This document shows, in pieces, positions 11,641 through 22,868 of a stretch of DNA of 64,000 nucleotides (position 1 is its first letter; each line of letters begins with the position of its first letter). Both the position numbers and the translations under genes were made by a program. This DNA comes from Candidatus Bathyarchaeota archaeon (lineage in GTDB: Archaea > Thermoproteota > Bathyarchaeia > 40CM-2-53-6). The notes below the pieces were generated by a model. The model saw only the letters and a list, made by a program, of their open reading frames with translations. It ran no database searches and was not told where the DNA came from. The stretch covers positions 32,001 through 96,000 of the forward strand of contig CAWHWX010000028.1 in assembly GCA_963833125.1 (NCBI GenBank), given 5' to 3'.

Positions 11641-13137
11641 CGCCAGCTGGACTGGGTTCTTTTCAGAACGAACAATTGCAGCGAGTTTGCATGGCGGCTG
11701 CTCTTCTTTTCGTTCTTGTAGCTTTGAGCGGTTGTGCCGTCGGGCCTCATTACTCACGGCCCGCGGCACCGGCGGCGCCGGCGTACAAAGAGACTCCCGA
11801 AAACTGGAAGCAAGCGCAGCCCGCCGACCAGTTCGCGCACGGCAAATGGTGGGAGATCTTCCAGGATTCAGCACTCGACACCCTCGAAGAGAAGATTGAT
11901 GTTTCCAACCAGACTCTTAAAGCTTCGCAGGCGCAATTCGAGCAGGCTCGCGCTCTAGTTGCTTTCAATCGGGCCAATCTATATCCCACGTTACCGGCCG
12001 ATCCTTCGGTTTCGCGTAACCGTCTTTCAAAAAATCGTCCGCTGCTTGGCGCGACGACCAACTATACCGACTTGGTGCTGCCCGTGGATGTCTCCTACGA
12101 AGCCGATCTGTGGGGCCGGGTGCGGCGAACCGTCGAAGCGGCGCGCGCCAATGCCCAAGCCAGCGCCGCCGATCTGGAGTCCGTGCGCTCAGCCTCCATG
12201 CCGAACTGGCGATGGACTATTTCGCGGCACGCGCTCTGGATGCGGAAAAGCAACTTCTGAACTCCACGGTCTCTGCCTACAAAAAAGCGCTGGAGCTGAC
12301 CAATAACCGCTACCGGGGAGGCATTGCGTCGCAGGTCGATGTGGCTCAGGCGCAGACGCAGTTGGAGACCACGCGCGCGCAGGCCACGGACCTGATGGTC
12401 GCAGCGAGCCGCCTATGAACACGCGATTGCCGTGCTCACCGGCGAGCCTCCGGCAGACTTTGCGCTTCCTGCAGCGCCGTTGAATGCGGCGCCGCCAGCC
12501 ATTCCTCCCGGCTTGCCTTCGGACCTGCTGGAGCGCCGTCCTGATATAGCTGCGGCCGAGCGCCGAATGGCTATCGGCGAATGCGCAGATTGGCGTGGCG
12601 CGCGCAGCCTACTTTCCTCCAGTGACGTTGTAGGCCAGCGGTGGATTCGAGGGAACTTCGATTACCAACTGGCTTACCGGGCCCAGCGGATTTGCCGCCG
12701 CAGGTCTGAGCGCGCTGGAAACTATATTCGACGCCGGGCAGCGTCACGCGGTTTCCCGGCAGGCACAGGCTGCCTACGATGAATCTGTCGCCAACTACCG
12801 GCAAAGCGTGCTCACCGCATTTCAGGAAGTGGAAGACAACCTAGCCGCGTTGCGCATTTTGGAAAACGAATCGCAGACTGAAGCCGCGGCGGTTGCCGCC
12901 GCCGAACACTCGCTGGCTCTTTCCAATAATCGCTATCGTGGCGGCGTCGCGACCTATCTGGAAGTCATTACCGCGCAGAGCGCGGCTTTATCGGATGAAC
13001 GCACCGCAGTTGAGCTTTCAGGCCGGAGAATGACCGACAGCGTGTTGCTGATCAAGGCGCTGGGCGGGGGATGGAGCACGGCAAGTTTGCCTTCCGCGCA
13101 AAGTCTGGCACGGTCTTCATCGTCCTCGAATCCATAA
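11637..13137 (+). CDS. NodT/OprM-family outer membrane efflux lipoprotein, frameshifted
   Basis: Lipobox 'LSGCAVGP', '[13 protein letters not shown]', 'AFQEVEDNL', 'KALGGGW'. Confidence 0.85.
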
Positions 13138-13148
13138 AATTTGATCAC

Positions 13149-14303
13149 TTAGCTAGCGTCATTGCCAGCGCCGTCAGCCGCGGAACAGATGTAAACAGCG
13201 GGCCTAATGCCGGTGGCTTGTGAATAACGCCCCGCAATTTTGGCCGCAAAATTCTCGGCGTCGGGCGAATTCAGCAGATTCACCGTGCAGCCACCGAATC
13301 CGCCGCCTGTCATGCGTCCGCCCCAATATCCGGGAAGGCCTGCCGCACTTTCTACCATTACGTCGAGTTCCTGGCAGCTGACTTCGTAAAGATCACGGAG
13401 GCTGCGGTGTGATTCAGCCATGAGCTTGCCAAACCCGTGCAGATCGCCTTTAGAGAGGCATTCGGCCCCATCGAGCGTTCGCTGATTTTCATGGATTACG
13501 TGCGCGCAGCGTTTGTAGATCGTGGCGGGTATTTCTGTGGCATGCATCTCGAGTTGCTCTGTCGAGACGTCGCGAAGGGCGCGGATGTCAGGATACCACT
13601 TCGACAAAATCTGCACGCCCTCTTCGCATTCTGCGCGGCGGCGGTTGTACTCCCCGCCAGAAAGTTCGTGTTTGACCATGGTGTTACAAATCACCAGCCG
13701 TACTCCAGGGGGTATCGGCACGAGGTTGAAATGCAGCGAACGGCAGTCGAGCAGCAGAGCATGGTTTGCCTTGCCAAGGCAGGAAATAAACTGGTCCATA
13801 ATGCCACAGCGGGCGCCGACGAATTCATTTTCGGCACGCTGGCAGAGTTTCGCTAGGTCTGGAGGAGGCAGTTTCGCTTTGGACAAGCTCAGAAGTGCAA
13901 ATGCGGTCGCCACTTCAACGGCGGCCGATGAGCTGAGGCCAGCACCGATCGGAACGTCACTACTGATGAGTAAATTGGCCCCGGGAATGGCGAATCCTAC
14001 CCGCTGCAACATGATGAGAACGCCTAACGCATAGTCACACCATGCTCCCAGGCGTTGGGACGGCAGATTTGCCGTATCGAACTCAAATGGTTCGGGAAAG
14101 TTCTGGGATCTCATGAGCAGCTTGTCATCTCTTCGCGGAGAGATGGCCACATGGACGGAAAAGCCAATCGCACACGGCATTACGAAGCCGTCGTTGTAGT
14201 CCGTATGCTCGCCAATCAGGTTGACGCGGCCGGGGGCGCGAAAGGTGTTGGGCTCGGCGCCATACAAATCTTTGAAATGCATGGCCAACTCTGCGGATTT
14301 CAT
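13149..14303 (-). CDS. galK: galactokinase
   Basis: 'APGRVNLIGEHTDYN', 'GAGLSSSAA', 'RMTGGGFGGC'. Confidence 0.96.
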   Translation of the reverse strand: MKSAELAMHFKDLYGAEPNTFRAPGRVNLIGEHTDYNDGFVMPCAIGFSVHVAISPRRDDKLLMRSQNFPEPFEFDTANLPSQRLGAWCDYALGVLIMLQRVGFAIPGANLLISSDVPIGAGLSSSAAVEVATAFALLSLSKAKLPPPDLAKLCQRAENEFVGARCGIMDQFISCLGKANHALLLDCRSLHFNLVPIPPGVRLVICNTMVKHELSGGEYNRRRAECEEGVQILSKWYPDIRALRDVSTEQLEMHATEIPATIYKRCAHVIHENQRTLDGAECLSKGDLHGFGKLMAESHRSLRDLYEVSCQELDVMVESAAGLPGYWGGRMTGGGFGGCTVNLLNSPDAENFAAKIAGRYSQATGIRPAVYICSAADGAGNDAS

Positions 14304-14380
14304 GCGTGGGTTCCCTTACAATAGCGAAGTCTTGTAATCATGAAGTCTGGCGGCTCATTGTAGCGAACACTCCGGCCAAA

Positions 14381-15418
14381 TTGTTGAAACTCGATCAATA
14401 TCCGCATCGCAGATTTAATCCGCTCAGCGGCGAATGGGTGTTAGTTTCTCCTCATCGCACCCAGCGCCCTTGGCAGGGGCAAGTGGAAAATGCTGCGGCT
14501 GCGCGAGAACCGCAATATGATCCCGCATGTTACTTATGTCCGGGAAACGAGCGGGCCGGCGGGATGAGCAATCCGGCTTATCCCCACACCTTTGTCTTCG
14601 ACAATGACTTCGCTGCGTTGAGGCCGGGGACCGTGCGCGAGCGTATTGACGCAGAAGGCAAAGGCTTGCTGGTTGCCGAGGGGGAGCCTGGTGTTTGCCG
14701 AGTCATCTGCTTTTCGCCGCGTCATGATCTAACGTTGGCGAGCATGGAATTGCCCGATATCGAGGAAGTCGTTCGGGTTTGGGCAGACCAATTCCGCGAA
14801 TTAGGCGCAATGCCGCAAATCAACCACGTACAGATTTTTGAAAATCGCGGAGCGATGATGGGAGCGAGCAACCCGCATCCACACTGTCAGATATGGTCGA
14901 CAGCTTCGATCCCCGATGTTCCGGCACGAGAACTGATATCGCAAAAAACGCACTTGATGCGGCAGGGCAGGTGCCTCTTATGCGACTACATCAAATTGGA
15001 GACGCGGCAGGAATCCCGTATGGTTTATGCCAATGACAGTTTTTTCGCCATGGTGCCTTTCTGGGCAGTGTGGCCGTTTGAGTTGCTGATTTGCAGCCGC
15101 CGGCATTTAGGTTCTCTGGCCGATTTCACTCAGGAAGAAGTCCGACGGCTCGCGCAGACGCTGCAGCGAGTGACTTCCACTTATGACCGCGTGTTCGAAA
15201 CGCCTTTCCCTTATTCCATGGGATTTCACCAGGCGCCGACGGATGGCAAGGATCATCCCGAGTGGCATTTCCACGCGCATTTTTATCCCCCGCTTTTGCG
15301 CTCCGCGACGGTGCGCAAATTCATGGTTGGGTTCGAAATGCTCGGTACTCCGCAGCGGGATGTCACGCCGGAAGGCGCCGCTGAGCGTCTGCGGCTGCTG
15401 TGCGAAGAGCTTCGGTAA
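14381..15418 (+). CDS. galT: galactose-1-phosphate uridylyltransferase (start uncertain; ORF open from 14306)
   Basis: 'HRRFNPL', 'RPWQG', 'GASNPHPHCQ' HPH motif. Confidence 0.95.
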   Translation: MLKLDQYPHRRFNPLSGEWVLVSPHRTQRPWQGQVENAAAAREPQYDPACYLCPGNERAGGMSNPAYPHTFVFDNDFAALRPGTVRERIDAEGKGLLVAEGEPGVCRVICFSPRHDLTLASMELPDIEEVVRVWADQFRELGAMPQINHVQIFENRGAMMGASNPHPHCQIWSTASIPDVPARELISQKTHLMRQGRCLLCDYIKLETRQESRMVYANDSFFAMVPFWAVWPFELLICSRRHLGSLADFTQEEVRRLAQTLQRVTSTYDRVFETPFPYSMGFHQAPTDGKDHPEWHFHAHFYPPLLRSATVRKFMVGFEMLGTPQRDVTPEGAAERLRLLCEELR

Positions 15419-15553
15419 CTAAATATCGTCTCAAGATATGTTCTGGGGCATTGACATCCCAGCCTATGAATTCTTACTATTGAATTACCGCAAGTTATTC
15501 GTCCGTACGGAGCAGTTCAAAAGCAGTGCTCGATTCGCTTGGCAAAATATCTT

Positions 15554-16533
15554 ATGATTAAAGTTAACCAGCTGACTAAGAACTACGCGCGCGCGACTGC
15601 TGTAGATCATATTTCCTTCGAGGTTGAACGAGGCCAGATTGTCGGTTTCCTTGGGCCGAATGGGGCAGGGAAGACGACGACCATGCGCATGCTGACCTGC
15701 TTCTTGCCGCCGACGGCGGGCACCGCCACCGTTGCCGGCTTTGATGTTCTGGAACAGCCGATGGAAGTGAAGAAGCGCATTGGATACCTTCCCGAAACTC
15801 CTCCTCTTTACCTCGAAATGCACGCGGAAGAATATCTGAATTTCGTCGGCAAATTAAAGGGGCTCAGTGGCGCAGATCTGGCAAAAAGGGTTGATTACGT
15901 CTGTGAGCGTTGCGCCATCGCCGATGTAAAAAACAAACTTCTTGGTAAACTGTCCAAGGGCTATCGCCAGCGCGTTGGTCTGGCGCAGGCAATCATCCAC
16001 AACCCGGATGTATTGATTCTCGACGAACCCACTGCTGGACTGGATCCCAAGCAGATCAACGAGACTCGCGATCTCATCAAAAGTCTAGCCGGCGATCACA
16101 CGATCATTTTGAGCACGCACATCCTCCCTGAAGTCGAGCAGACCTGCCAGCAGGTGCTCATCATTAACAAGGGCAAACTGGTCGCAACTGACTCGGTGCA
16201 AAACTTGCAGAACCGGGTGCGTGGCTCGGAGTCGCTGCTGGTGGAAGTGGCGGCCGCAATGGCGCTCTTGACGCCTCCACAGTGCAGCAAAGGCTGGAGC
16301 AAATTGGCGGTGTGAGCAGGGTACATCTGCGTGAGAGCCGCGACGGTCGCGGCGTTTTCGAAGTGGAAAGCCAGAAAGGTTTTCTGCGCGGCGATCTGGC
16401 GCGTGCCGTGGTTGAATCGGGTTGGGATCTCAACGAGCTGCGGCCTGCTGCCGTAAGCCTGGAAGAAATCTTCCTGCAGTTGACGGGGCCGGCTGCCAGC
16501 GTGGCAACCGCCGGCAAAGGAATGCAAGCATGA
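15554..16533 (+). CDS. ABC transporter ATP-binding protein (GldA-like), one frameshift near 16255
   Basis: Walker A 'GPNGAGKTT', 'LSKGYRQR', 'ILDEPT'; C-terminal 'SLEEIFLQLT' in the next frame. Confidence 0.9.
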
Positions 16534-17297
16534 GAAATGTCTGGGTCATCTTTCGCAAAGAGATTCGCAGTTATTTTGTTTCTCCGATTGCCTATTTGTT
16601 GTTGACCATGTTCGCGCTCGTTACCGCTCTTTTTTTCGGTATATACCTGCGTGGTTTCATCGAATACGGCATGGAAATGCAAATGAGCGGACAGATGGCG
16701 CCGATGAATCTGAACGAGCAAGTCATCCGGCCGCTGCTTTCCAATGCATCCGTAATCGGATTGTTCTTCATTCCGATGATTACCATGCGGCTTTTTGCCG
16801 AGGAAAAGCGCAACGGAACCATCGAGTTGCTGGCTACCTCGCCCATCCGCGATTTGGAAATCGTTCTCGGTAAGTGGCTGGCCGCGCTGGCGCTTTATGG
16901 TTGCATGTTGTTATTTCTGGCTCTTGATTTTGCGTTTCTTTTCAAATACGGAAATCCCGATTGGAAGCCCTTAGCCATCGGTTTTCTTGGTTTGTTGCTG
17001 CAGGTAGGAGGGTTGTTAGCGATTGGGATGTTTATTTCAACGCTGACGAAGAATCAAATTATCGCTGCCGCTGTCACGTTTGGGCTTTTTCTAGTGCTCT
17101 GGGTCATTTCATCGGTTAGCGAGTTCAATACCGCGACCTGGGCGACGGCCGTCTCCTATACCTCGATCGTCACGCATTTGGAGTCGTTTGAAAGGGGCAT
17201 GCTTGATTCCAAGGACGCGGTTTTTTATTTGAGCATGATCTTCTTAGGATTGTTCCTGACCGTCCGTTCCATGGAATCCCTGCGGTGGAGGTCGTAA
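16530..17297 (+). CDS. ABC-2 type permease (GldF-like)
   Basis: 'KEIRSYFVSPIAY', 'TMRLFAEEKRNGTIELLATSP'. Confidence 0.9.
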   Translation: MRNVWVIFRKEIRSYFVSPIAYLLLTMFALVTALFFGIYLRGFIEYGMEMQMSGQMAPMNLNEQVIRPLLSNASVIGLFFIPMITMRLFAEEKRNGTIELLATSPIRDLEIVLGKWLAALALYGCMLLFLALDFAFLFKYGNPDWKPLAIGFLGLLLQVGGLLAIGMFISTLTKNQIIAAAVTFGLFLVLWVISSVSEFNTATWATAVSYTSIVTHLESFERGMLDSKDAVFYLSMIFLGLFLTVRSMESLRWRS

Positions 17298-18674
17298 GTG
17301 AGTCTTAAATTCCTCAAAGCGCGCCAAACCAAATACGCGGGATTCGCCGCGGTTTATATCCTGGTGGTTTTGGCGGTGGTTGTGATCGCCAATGTACTGG
17401 CGGATCGGTACAACAAGTCTTACGACGGAACGGCCAACAAGCGCTATAGCCTGTCCGAGCAGACGGCAAAGATCGTCAAAGGTCTGAAGCAAGAAGCTAC
17501 CATCACTTATTTTGACCAGCCGCATGGCTTTCCGCACGCCAAAGACCTTCTCGATGAATACGCAAATCTTTCCCCGAAACTCCATGTCAAATATGTCGAC
17601 GTGGATAAAGAGCCAGAATTGGCTCGCGCCGCCGGCATCAAAAATTATGGAACGGCGGTCGTCCAGATTGGGGAACGCAAGGAAGAGGCGCAAAGCATGA
17701 CGGAAGAAGGCGTGACCGGTGCTTTCATCCGCGACCTGAAGAACACTACTCGCACCGTTTGCTTTGTCACCGGCAGCGGCGAACATCAAATTGACGATAG
17801 TGACCGCAGCGGATACTCCACTTTTGAAAGTCTTCTGGGGAAGGATGAGTATAAGGCGAAGTCCATTAATCTGCTGCAGAACGCGGACGTCCCGGGCGAT
17901 TGCACCGCAGTGGTGGTGGGCGGGCCTACGGGTGACTATGAGCAGCCGGAAGTGGACGCCATAAAGAAATATGTGGAGAGTGGCGGACGGGCATTGTTCA
18001 TGCTTGATCCCCCGCTGAAAATGGGCCACGGCGATATCTCGGATAACGATGCGCTAACCACCCTGTTGCAGACCTGGGGCGTAACCCCGGAGAAAGATTT
18101 GGTTCTGGACCTGAACCCCATTGGGAAATTAGTTGGGGTTGGACCCGAGGTTGCGCTTGTCTCCACTTATGATCCGCATCCCATCGTCACGGGAATGAAA
18201 GGCACCGCTACTGGGTTTCCGCTGGCGCGTTCGCTCGATATTAAGAACACCGATAAGACCACGGTAACCAAGTTGTTCAGTTCTTCGGAATCGAGCCTGG
18301 CTACCGCCAATTTGAGTTCTCCTGCCGTGAATCCCAACGATCCGAAGAACCAAAAAGGCCCGTTGACTCTGGCCGCCGCTGGTACATACAACACGGGCAA
18401 GGAGAATTCGCAAGGACGGTTCGTCGTTGTAGGCAGTTCGTCATGGACTGCAAACTCATTTATCCGCTTCAACGGTAATCGCGATCTGGCTCTGAACACC
18501 ATGAATTGGCTTTCCTCCGACGAGGACCTGATTTCCATTCGCCCCAAGGAACCAGAAGACCGCCGCATTACTATGACGGGTGCGCAATTGAACTGGGTCC
18601 GCAGCACAAGTCAGTTTCTGCTGCCGCTGATCGTGGTGATTGCCGGATTTTTAGTGTGGTGGGGTAGAAGGTAA
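17298..18674 (+). CDS. GldG family ABC auxiliary protein
   Basis: 'YSLSEQT', 'FVTGSGEH', 'NRDLALNTMNWL', N- and C-terminal TM helices. Confidence 0.85.
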   Translation: MSLKFLKARQTKYAGFAAVYILVVLAVVVIANVLADRYNKSYDGTANKRYSLSEQTAKIVKGLKQEATITYFDQPHGFPHAKDLLDEYANLSPKLHVKYVDVDKEPELARAAGIKNYGTAVVQIGERKEEAQSMTEEGVTGAFIRDLKNTTRTVCFVTGSGEHQIDDSDRSGYSTFESLLGKDEYKAKSINLLQNADVPGDCTAVVVGGPTGDYEQPEVDAIKKYVESGGRALFMLDPPLKMGHGDISDNDALTTLLQTWGVTPEKDLVLDLNPIGKLVGVGPEVALVSTYDPHPIVTGMKGTATGFPLARSLDIKNTDKTTVTKLFSSSESSLATANLSSPAVNPNDPKNQKGPLTLAAAGTYNTGKENSQGRFVVVGSSSWTANSFIRFNGNRDLALNTMNWLSSDEDLISIRPKEPEDRRITMTGAQLNWVRSTSQFLLPLIVVIAGFLVWWGRR

Positions 18675-18720
18675 ATCAGATGTTGGCGGTCGCAGACCTG
18701 TTGGGAAAAGTAAGATCACG

Positions 18721-20046
18721 ATGAAGATACGCGGGTTGGTTGTGGCCATTGTTGTTTTGGGGGCGCTCACCGGGACCCTTTACTGGTCCAACCGTCACAA
18801 ATCCGCCGAGACCGCAGAAGCTCCGGCCGATGTTCCTCCGAGAATTCTGACTCTCAAAGAAGCGGACATTGTCGGCCTCACGATCAAGAAGAAGGATGCC
18901 TCCGAAATCAAATTGAAAAAGGACGGTGCTGATTGGCGCATCGTCGCGCCGGCTCCTTTCGCCGCGGATCAGTCTGCGGTCTCCGCAATGGTTTCGACGA
19001 TGGCAGCACTCGACTCGCAACGACTGGTGGAACAGAAAACCAGCGATTTAAGTCCGTATGGATTATCCGAACCACCGCTTGCCGTCGAGGTCACCGAAAA
19101 AGACAACAAAACTCAGCAGCTGCTAATCGGAGACAACACGCCTACGGGTAACGGCGTCTACGCGAAACTCGAGGGCGATCCTCGTGTGTTTACTATCGCC
19201 AGTTTTAATAAAACCAGTCTGGACAAGGGCCTCAACGACCTGCGCGATAAGCGGCTGATAACGGCCCTTCCGGACAAGATCATCCGCGTTGGGATGGCCC
19301 GCAAGCAGGGCGACATCGAGTTTGGACGCGATAAGGATCAATGGCAGATTGTGAAGCCTAAACCGATGCGCGCCGACAGTTCGCAGGTAGATGATCTGGT
19401 GCGGGCCCTTACGGACGCCAAGACGGATCTGAGTTCCGACTCTGATTCCAAAAAGAACGTCTCGGCATTTGCTTCCGGCACGCCAGTTGCTTCCGCGAAG
19501 CTCACCACGGAATCAGGCACACAACAACTTCAGGTCCGCAAAAGCAAAGATGACTACTACGCAAAGACCAGCGTGGTAGATGGTGTGTACAAAGTTTCTG
19601 GCAGTCTAGGGCAGGAACTCGAGAAGAAGCTAGAAGACTTTCGCAATAAGAAGCTGTTCGATTTCGCTTTCGCCGAGCCCAATAAAGTCGAGATGCACGA
19701 CGGCGCCAAGTCCTATTTCTTCACGCGTAGTAGGAATGACTGGTGGTCGGCGGATGGGAAAAAGCTGGATGCGGAAAGCATCGAGCAATTGATCGGAAAG
19801 CTTCGCGACCTCCAGGCGAGCAAATTTGCCGATTCTGGCTTTGCCAGTCCGGTGGTCGAGATTACAGTTACGTCCAACGATGGCAAACGAATCGAGAAAG
19901 TCTTAATTGCCAAGGCGTCCAGCGGGAAGGAAGACATCGCTATACGCCAAAACGAACCGGCGCTCTATCTGTTGGATGAGAGCGCCGTCGCAGAACTGCA
20001 GAAGCTGGCGAGTGATGTCAAGCCTGCTACGACTTCGAAAAAGTGA
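18721..20046 (+). CDS. DUF4340 domain protein
   Basis: N-terminal anchor, 'DLSPYGL', 'LNDLRDKRL'; usual position after gldG. Confidence 0.8.
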   Translation: MKIRGLVVAIVVLGALTGTLYWSNRHKSAETAEAPADVPPRILTLKEADIVGLTIKKKDASEIKLKKDGADWRIVAPAPFAADQSAVSAMVSTMAALDSQRLVEQKTSDLSPYGLSEPPLAVEVTEKDNKTQQLLIGDNTPTGNGVYAKLEGDPRVFTIASFNKTSLDKGLNDLRDKRLITALPDKIIRVGMARKQGDIEFGRDKDQWQIVKPKPMRADSSQVDDLVRALTDAKTDLSSDSDSKKNVSAFASGTPVASAKLTTESGTQQLQVRKSKDDYYAKTSVVDGVYKVSGSLGQELEKKLEDFRNKKLFDFAFAEPNKVEMHDGAKSYFFTRSRNDWWSADGKKLDAESIEQLIGKLRDLQASKFADSGFASPVVEITVTSNDGKRIEKVLIAKASSGKEDIAIRQNEPALYLLDESAVAELQKLASDVKPATTSKK

Positions 20047-20089
20047 CGCAAAGATCCTATCTATTCGAATGCATCGAAAGTTCGGGAAC

Positions 20090-20440
20090 CTAATTTTCCC
20101 AAACCGTGTTGGCCTTCTTGGCGGTTAGGCGTTCTTTTTTCAGCATGCGGGCCGTGTCACCCAGGGGCACTACATTGACCTTGGGCGCCAGTTCCCACAA
20201 CGGCCGTTCGCCCTGGGCCACGAGCGAGCTTGACCTCTCCATTACGTTTTGTGGTTCGCTCATTGCTTGTTGGGATGCATGAGCCGCATGGCTGGTAAAT
20301 TCAATCACGACCGGTTCGTTGTTCAGCACTCCGCTGCCCACGGAACTCTGCGCCAGTGCCGCCGAAGTGACCAGAAAGCAGAACATAACTACAAGGGTCT
20401 TCATAGTTTTCACCTTCCCAGAGAGGCAATGCGCGATCAC
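20090..20440 (-). CDS. secreted hypothetical protein
   Basis: Signal peptide 'MKTLVV...ALAQ'; 'PLGDTAR' motif. Confidence 0.65.
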   Translation of the reverse strand: MIAHCLSGKVKTMKTLVVMFCFLVTSAALAQSSVGSGVLNNEPVVIEFTSHAAHASQQAMSEPQNVMERSSSLVAQGERPLWELAPKVNVVPLGDTARMLKKERLTAKKANTVWEN

Positions 20441-20694
20441 TGACTCGTTCGCCAGCGTCGCTTACATAGCGAATGGAGCAATCCCAATACCAAAATCTGC
20501 GGGGTTAATTTCTTGGGTTGCAATCCTACTTGCGGGGAAAGACGCAAAGTTTTGCACAATTATGGCGGATGCTGTCTGACCTTCCGCTGTCAGCGAGGCG
20601 GTTGTTCCGCTTTTTCTGCTGCTTCAAGCGGAGGCTCACCGTTGCGTTGGAGAGACGAAATCTGGAACCATCCACTCGGGCGGATCCAACACTG

Positions 20695-20973
20695 TTAGTC
20701 GGTGCGCGGGCTTCGGGGTGCTCTGGCGGGCGCAGGCTGCGATTGCCGATCTTCCGGCTCGACCAGCCGGCCTGTCCTGGTCATAGTAGAGCAGTCAAAT
20801 TCGTAGGCCGCTCCGCAAATCAGACACACCTGATAGTCCTGGCCGCGCAGGCCGGTATGCGGCCAGGAAAAACGATGCCGGCAACACATCTGCAAGAACC
20901 GTTTGAACAATTGCACGGTCATGCTGGTCTCGGCCTTTGGCTCGGGTGATCGGAGTGGCACACTGGTCCCCAC
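20695..20973 (-). CDS. small Cys/His-rich hypothetical protein
   Basis: 'CRHRFSWP...YQVCLICG..YEFD'; GGAG SD upstream. Confidence 0.65.
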   Translation of the reverse strand: MGTSVPLRSPEPKAETSMTVQLFKRFLQMCCRHRFSWPHTGLRGQDYQVCLICGAAYEFDCSTMTRTGRLVEPEDRQSQPAPARAPRSPRTD

Positions 20974-21338
20974 ATGAATGCTCCTGTGATGAGAATGGAC
21001 GGGATTGCTTAGACGAGTTCAGCTTACTCTAAATTCGCGGAATCGCGAGCGCACATTGGTTCATATCAGGCGAGTGATTGGCCAGCATTCCGTCTGATTA
21101 CCGTCCCTGAGTTCAGTCCGAAAGCGCCACTGGATATGGCTTTTGCCAAGTATTACCCTGTCCCGCGGGTCACAGGGTAACGTGCCGCAGACGCGCACCA
21201 CCATGGCCAATCGAACATTTCGTAGAGATACCACTGGGGTGAGGTTTTTTGGCGAAGACGCGGTAACGTATTCCAATACGAGACGCCAGCCCATTTTGGG
21301 TCTCGCACCGCATCCCGTCGCAAAAGAGGGCCAACCTT

Positions 21339-22787
21339 ATGCACACTGCAATTTCACCGGACACTCTACGGCGCAGCTCGAGGGTACCGCTCGCCCTCCC
21401 CATTCTGGTCACCAGCATGGCGCCCAATATCGACTTTTCCGAAGTTTGTGAAACCCTGGTCGTCAACGCGCATGGCTGTGCGGTGCGTTCGCCTGCGAAG
21501 CTGGAACCGGGGGTCCCCGTGTATTTTCACAGTATGGAAGGGAAGCAAACGACGGCTCATGTTGTGGACTGCGAACCTCTGGAATCAGATCACCAGAGCT
21601 GGAGAGTCGGGGCACGGCTCGACCAGCCAGATAATTTTTGGGGAGTGAATCCGTGCCCGAAAGATTGGACGGCATTACCCGTCATGCCGGCGGCCAGCGA
21701 CTCCCAGCTTTCAACAAAATCCAGCAAGGATGTGAAGACTGCGCCTCGCTCGCAATCCTCCCTAAAGGTTGTCCCCCACCAGAGCCATCTCAGCGAGCAG
21801 CTTTCCGAAGAACGCCTGCGGACTTTGATTGCGGAGATGGTGCAGCCGCTGCATGCGGAAGTGACCACCCTGCGGGAACGTCTGGCGCGGCCCGAACCCA
21901 AACGCAGCCAGTTCGAGGTCTCCCTCTCTTACATTCCACCGGAGCTGGAAGAGAAACTCTGGCAGCGCTTGCGGCAGGATTTGGGCGCGCAAGTCCTGCA
22001 GCACGCCAGCCAGCAAGCAGAACAAGTGCTCGGAACCGCCAACGCAAACATCGAGCAGAAAATTGCTGGAGCACAAAACGAATTTCGGCAGCACCTAACC
22101 CAGGAACTGCAGTCTGTTGAGGCGAAGTCGCAACGGATTTCGGAAGAAATGGAAGACGGCATCCGTCAGCAATTCCATGCCGGCCTGGAGAAATTTCAGC
22201 AGCACGCCTCGCAGGCGGGAACTCATCTCGCTATGCGCAGTGAACAATTTTTCCAGAGTTTGCAGCAGCGGCTGGACGAGGAACATAGCGCGCGCCTGCG
22301 TGAAATCGGACAGGTTCAGGGCGCGATTACTGCGGAATCCGCGCGCCAGCAGGAGGCGGTCGGAGAGCTCGGCAGCCGGGTGGCTAAACTCGATGAATTT
22401 GCCCGCAGACTGGAATCCGATCTGGACATGCGCCTGGCACAAATGTCGAGCGAGATTATTTCCCGCACCCGCACGCAGCTTGAAAACAATGTGGGAGCAA
22501 TTCTCAAGCAGATGGAAACCCGCAATGCCGCCCAACTTGGCAGCCAGCTCGAAGCAGCCTGCGGGCACATGAAGATGATGCAGCAGGAGATCGAAACCTC
22601 GGTTTCTGAGTCGTTGCGGACACACGCCGAGGAAACGGTACGATCCTTCGAGCAGGCGATGGACGAATTGGCAGGGCACGCGGTGGGCCGCTGGCGGCGC
22701 GCTTTGGCTCGCGACTTGGGCTCCGTGGCCAGAATTCTGGGCGACGAGGTGCGTCTCGAAGTGGTATCCGACGGTACCAACCGGTAG
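21339..22787 (+). CDS. hypothetical protein, PilZ-like N-terminus plus long coiled coil
   Basis: 'RRSSRV...ETLVVNAHGC...DNFWG' then Q/E-rich heptads. Confidence 0.75.
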   Translation: MHTAISPDTLRRSSRVPLALPILVTSMAPNIDFSEVCETLVVNAHGCAVRSPAKLEPGVPVYFHSMEGKQTTAHVVDCEPLESDHQSWRVGARLDQPDNFWGVNPCPKDWTALPVMPAASDSQLSTKSSKDVKTAPRSQSSLKVVPHQSHLSEQLSEERLRTLIAEMVQPLHAEVTTLRERLARPEPKRSQFEVSLSYIPPELEEKLWQRLRQDLGAQVLQHASQQAEQVLGTANANIEQKIAGAQNEFRQHLTQELQSVEAKSQRISEEMEDGIRQQFHAGLEKFQQHASQAGTHLAMRSEQFFQSLQQRLDEEHSARLREIGQVQGAITAESARQQEAVGELGSRVAKLDEFARRLESDLDMRLAQMSSEIISRTRTQLENNVGAILKQMETRNAAQLGSQLEAACGHMKMMQQEIETSVSESLRTHAEETVRSFEQAMDELAGHAVGRWRRALARDLGSVARILGDEVRLEVVSDGTNR

Positions 22788-22868
22788 CTGTCGGCGCCTC
22801 TCTTCGGTGAAGGGTGATCTCAATTATGCTTAGCGCATCGGTAGGATCGTTCCTACCGTTGGATACGA

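Noticed and set aside
7221-13137. In-frame TAG codons (7742, 9362, 9412, 12631) in the RND operon as possible amber recoding
   Set aside because: The same stretch has many 1-2 nt indels, and TAG is a normal stop nearby (5823, 6937). Low-quality consensus or decay is more likely.
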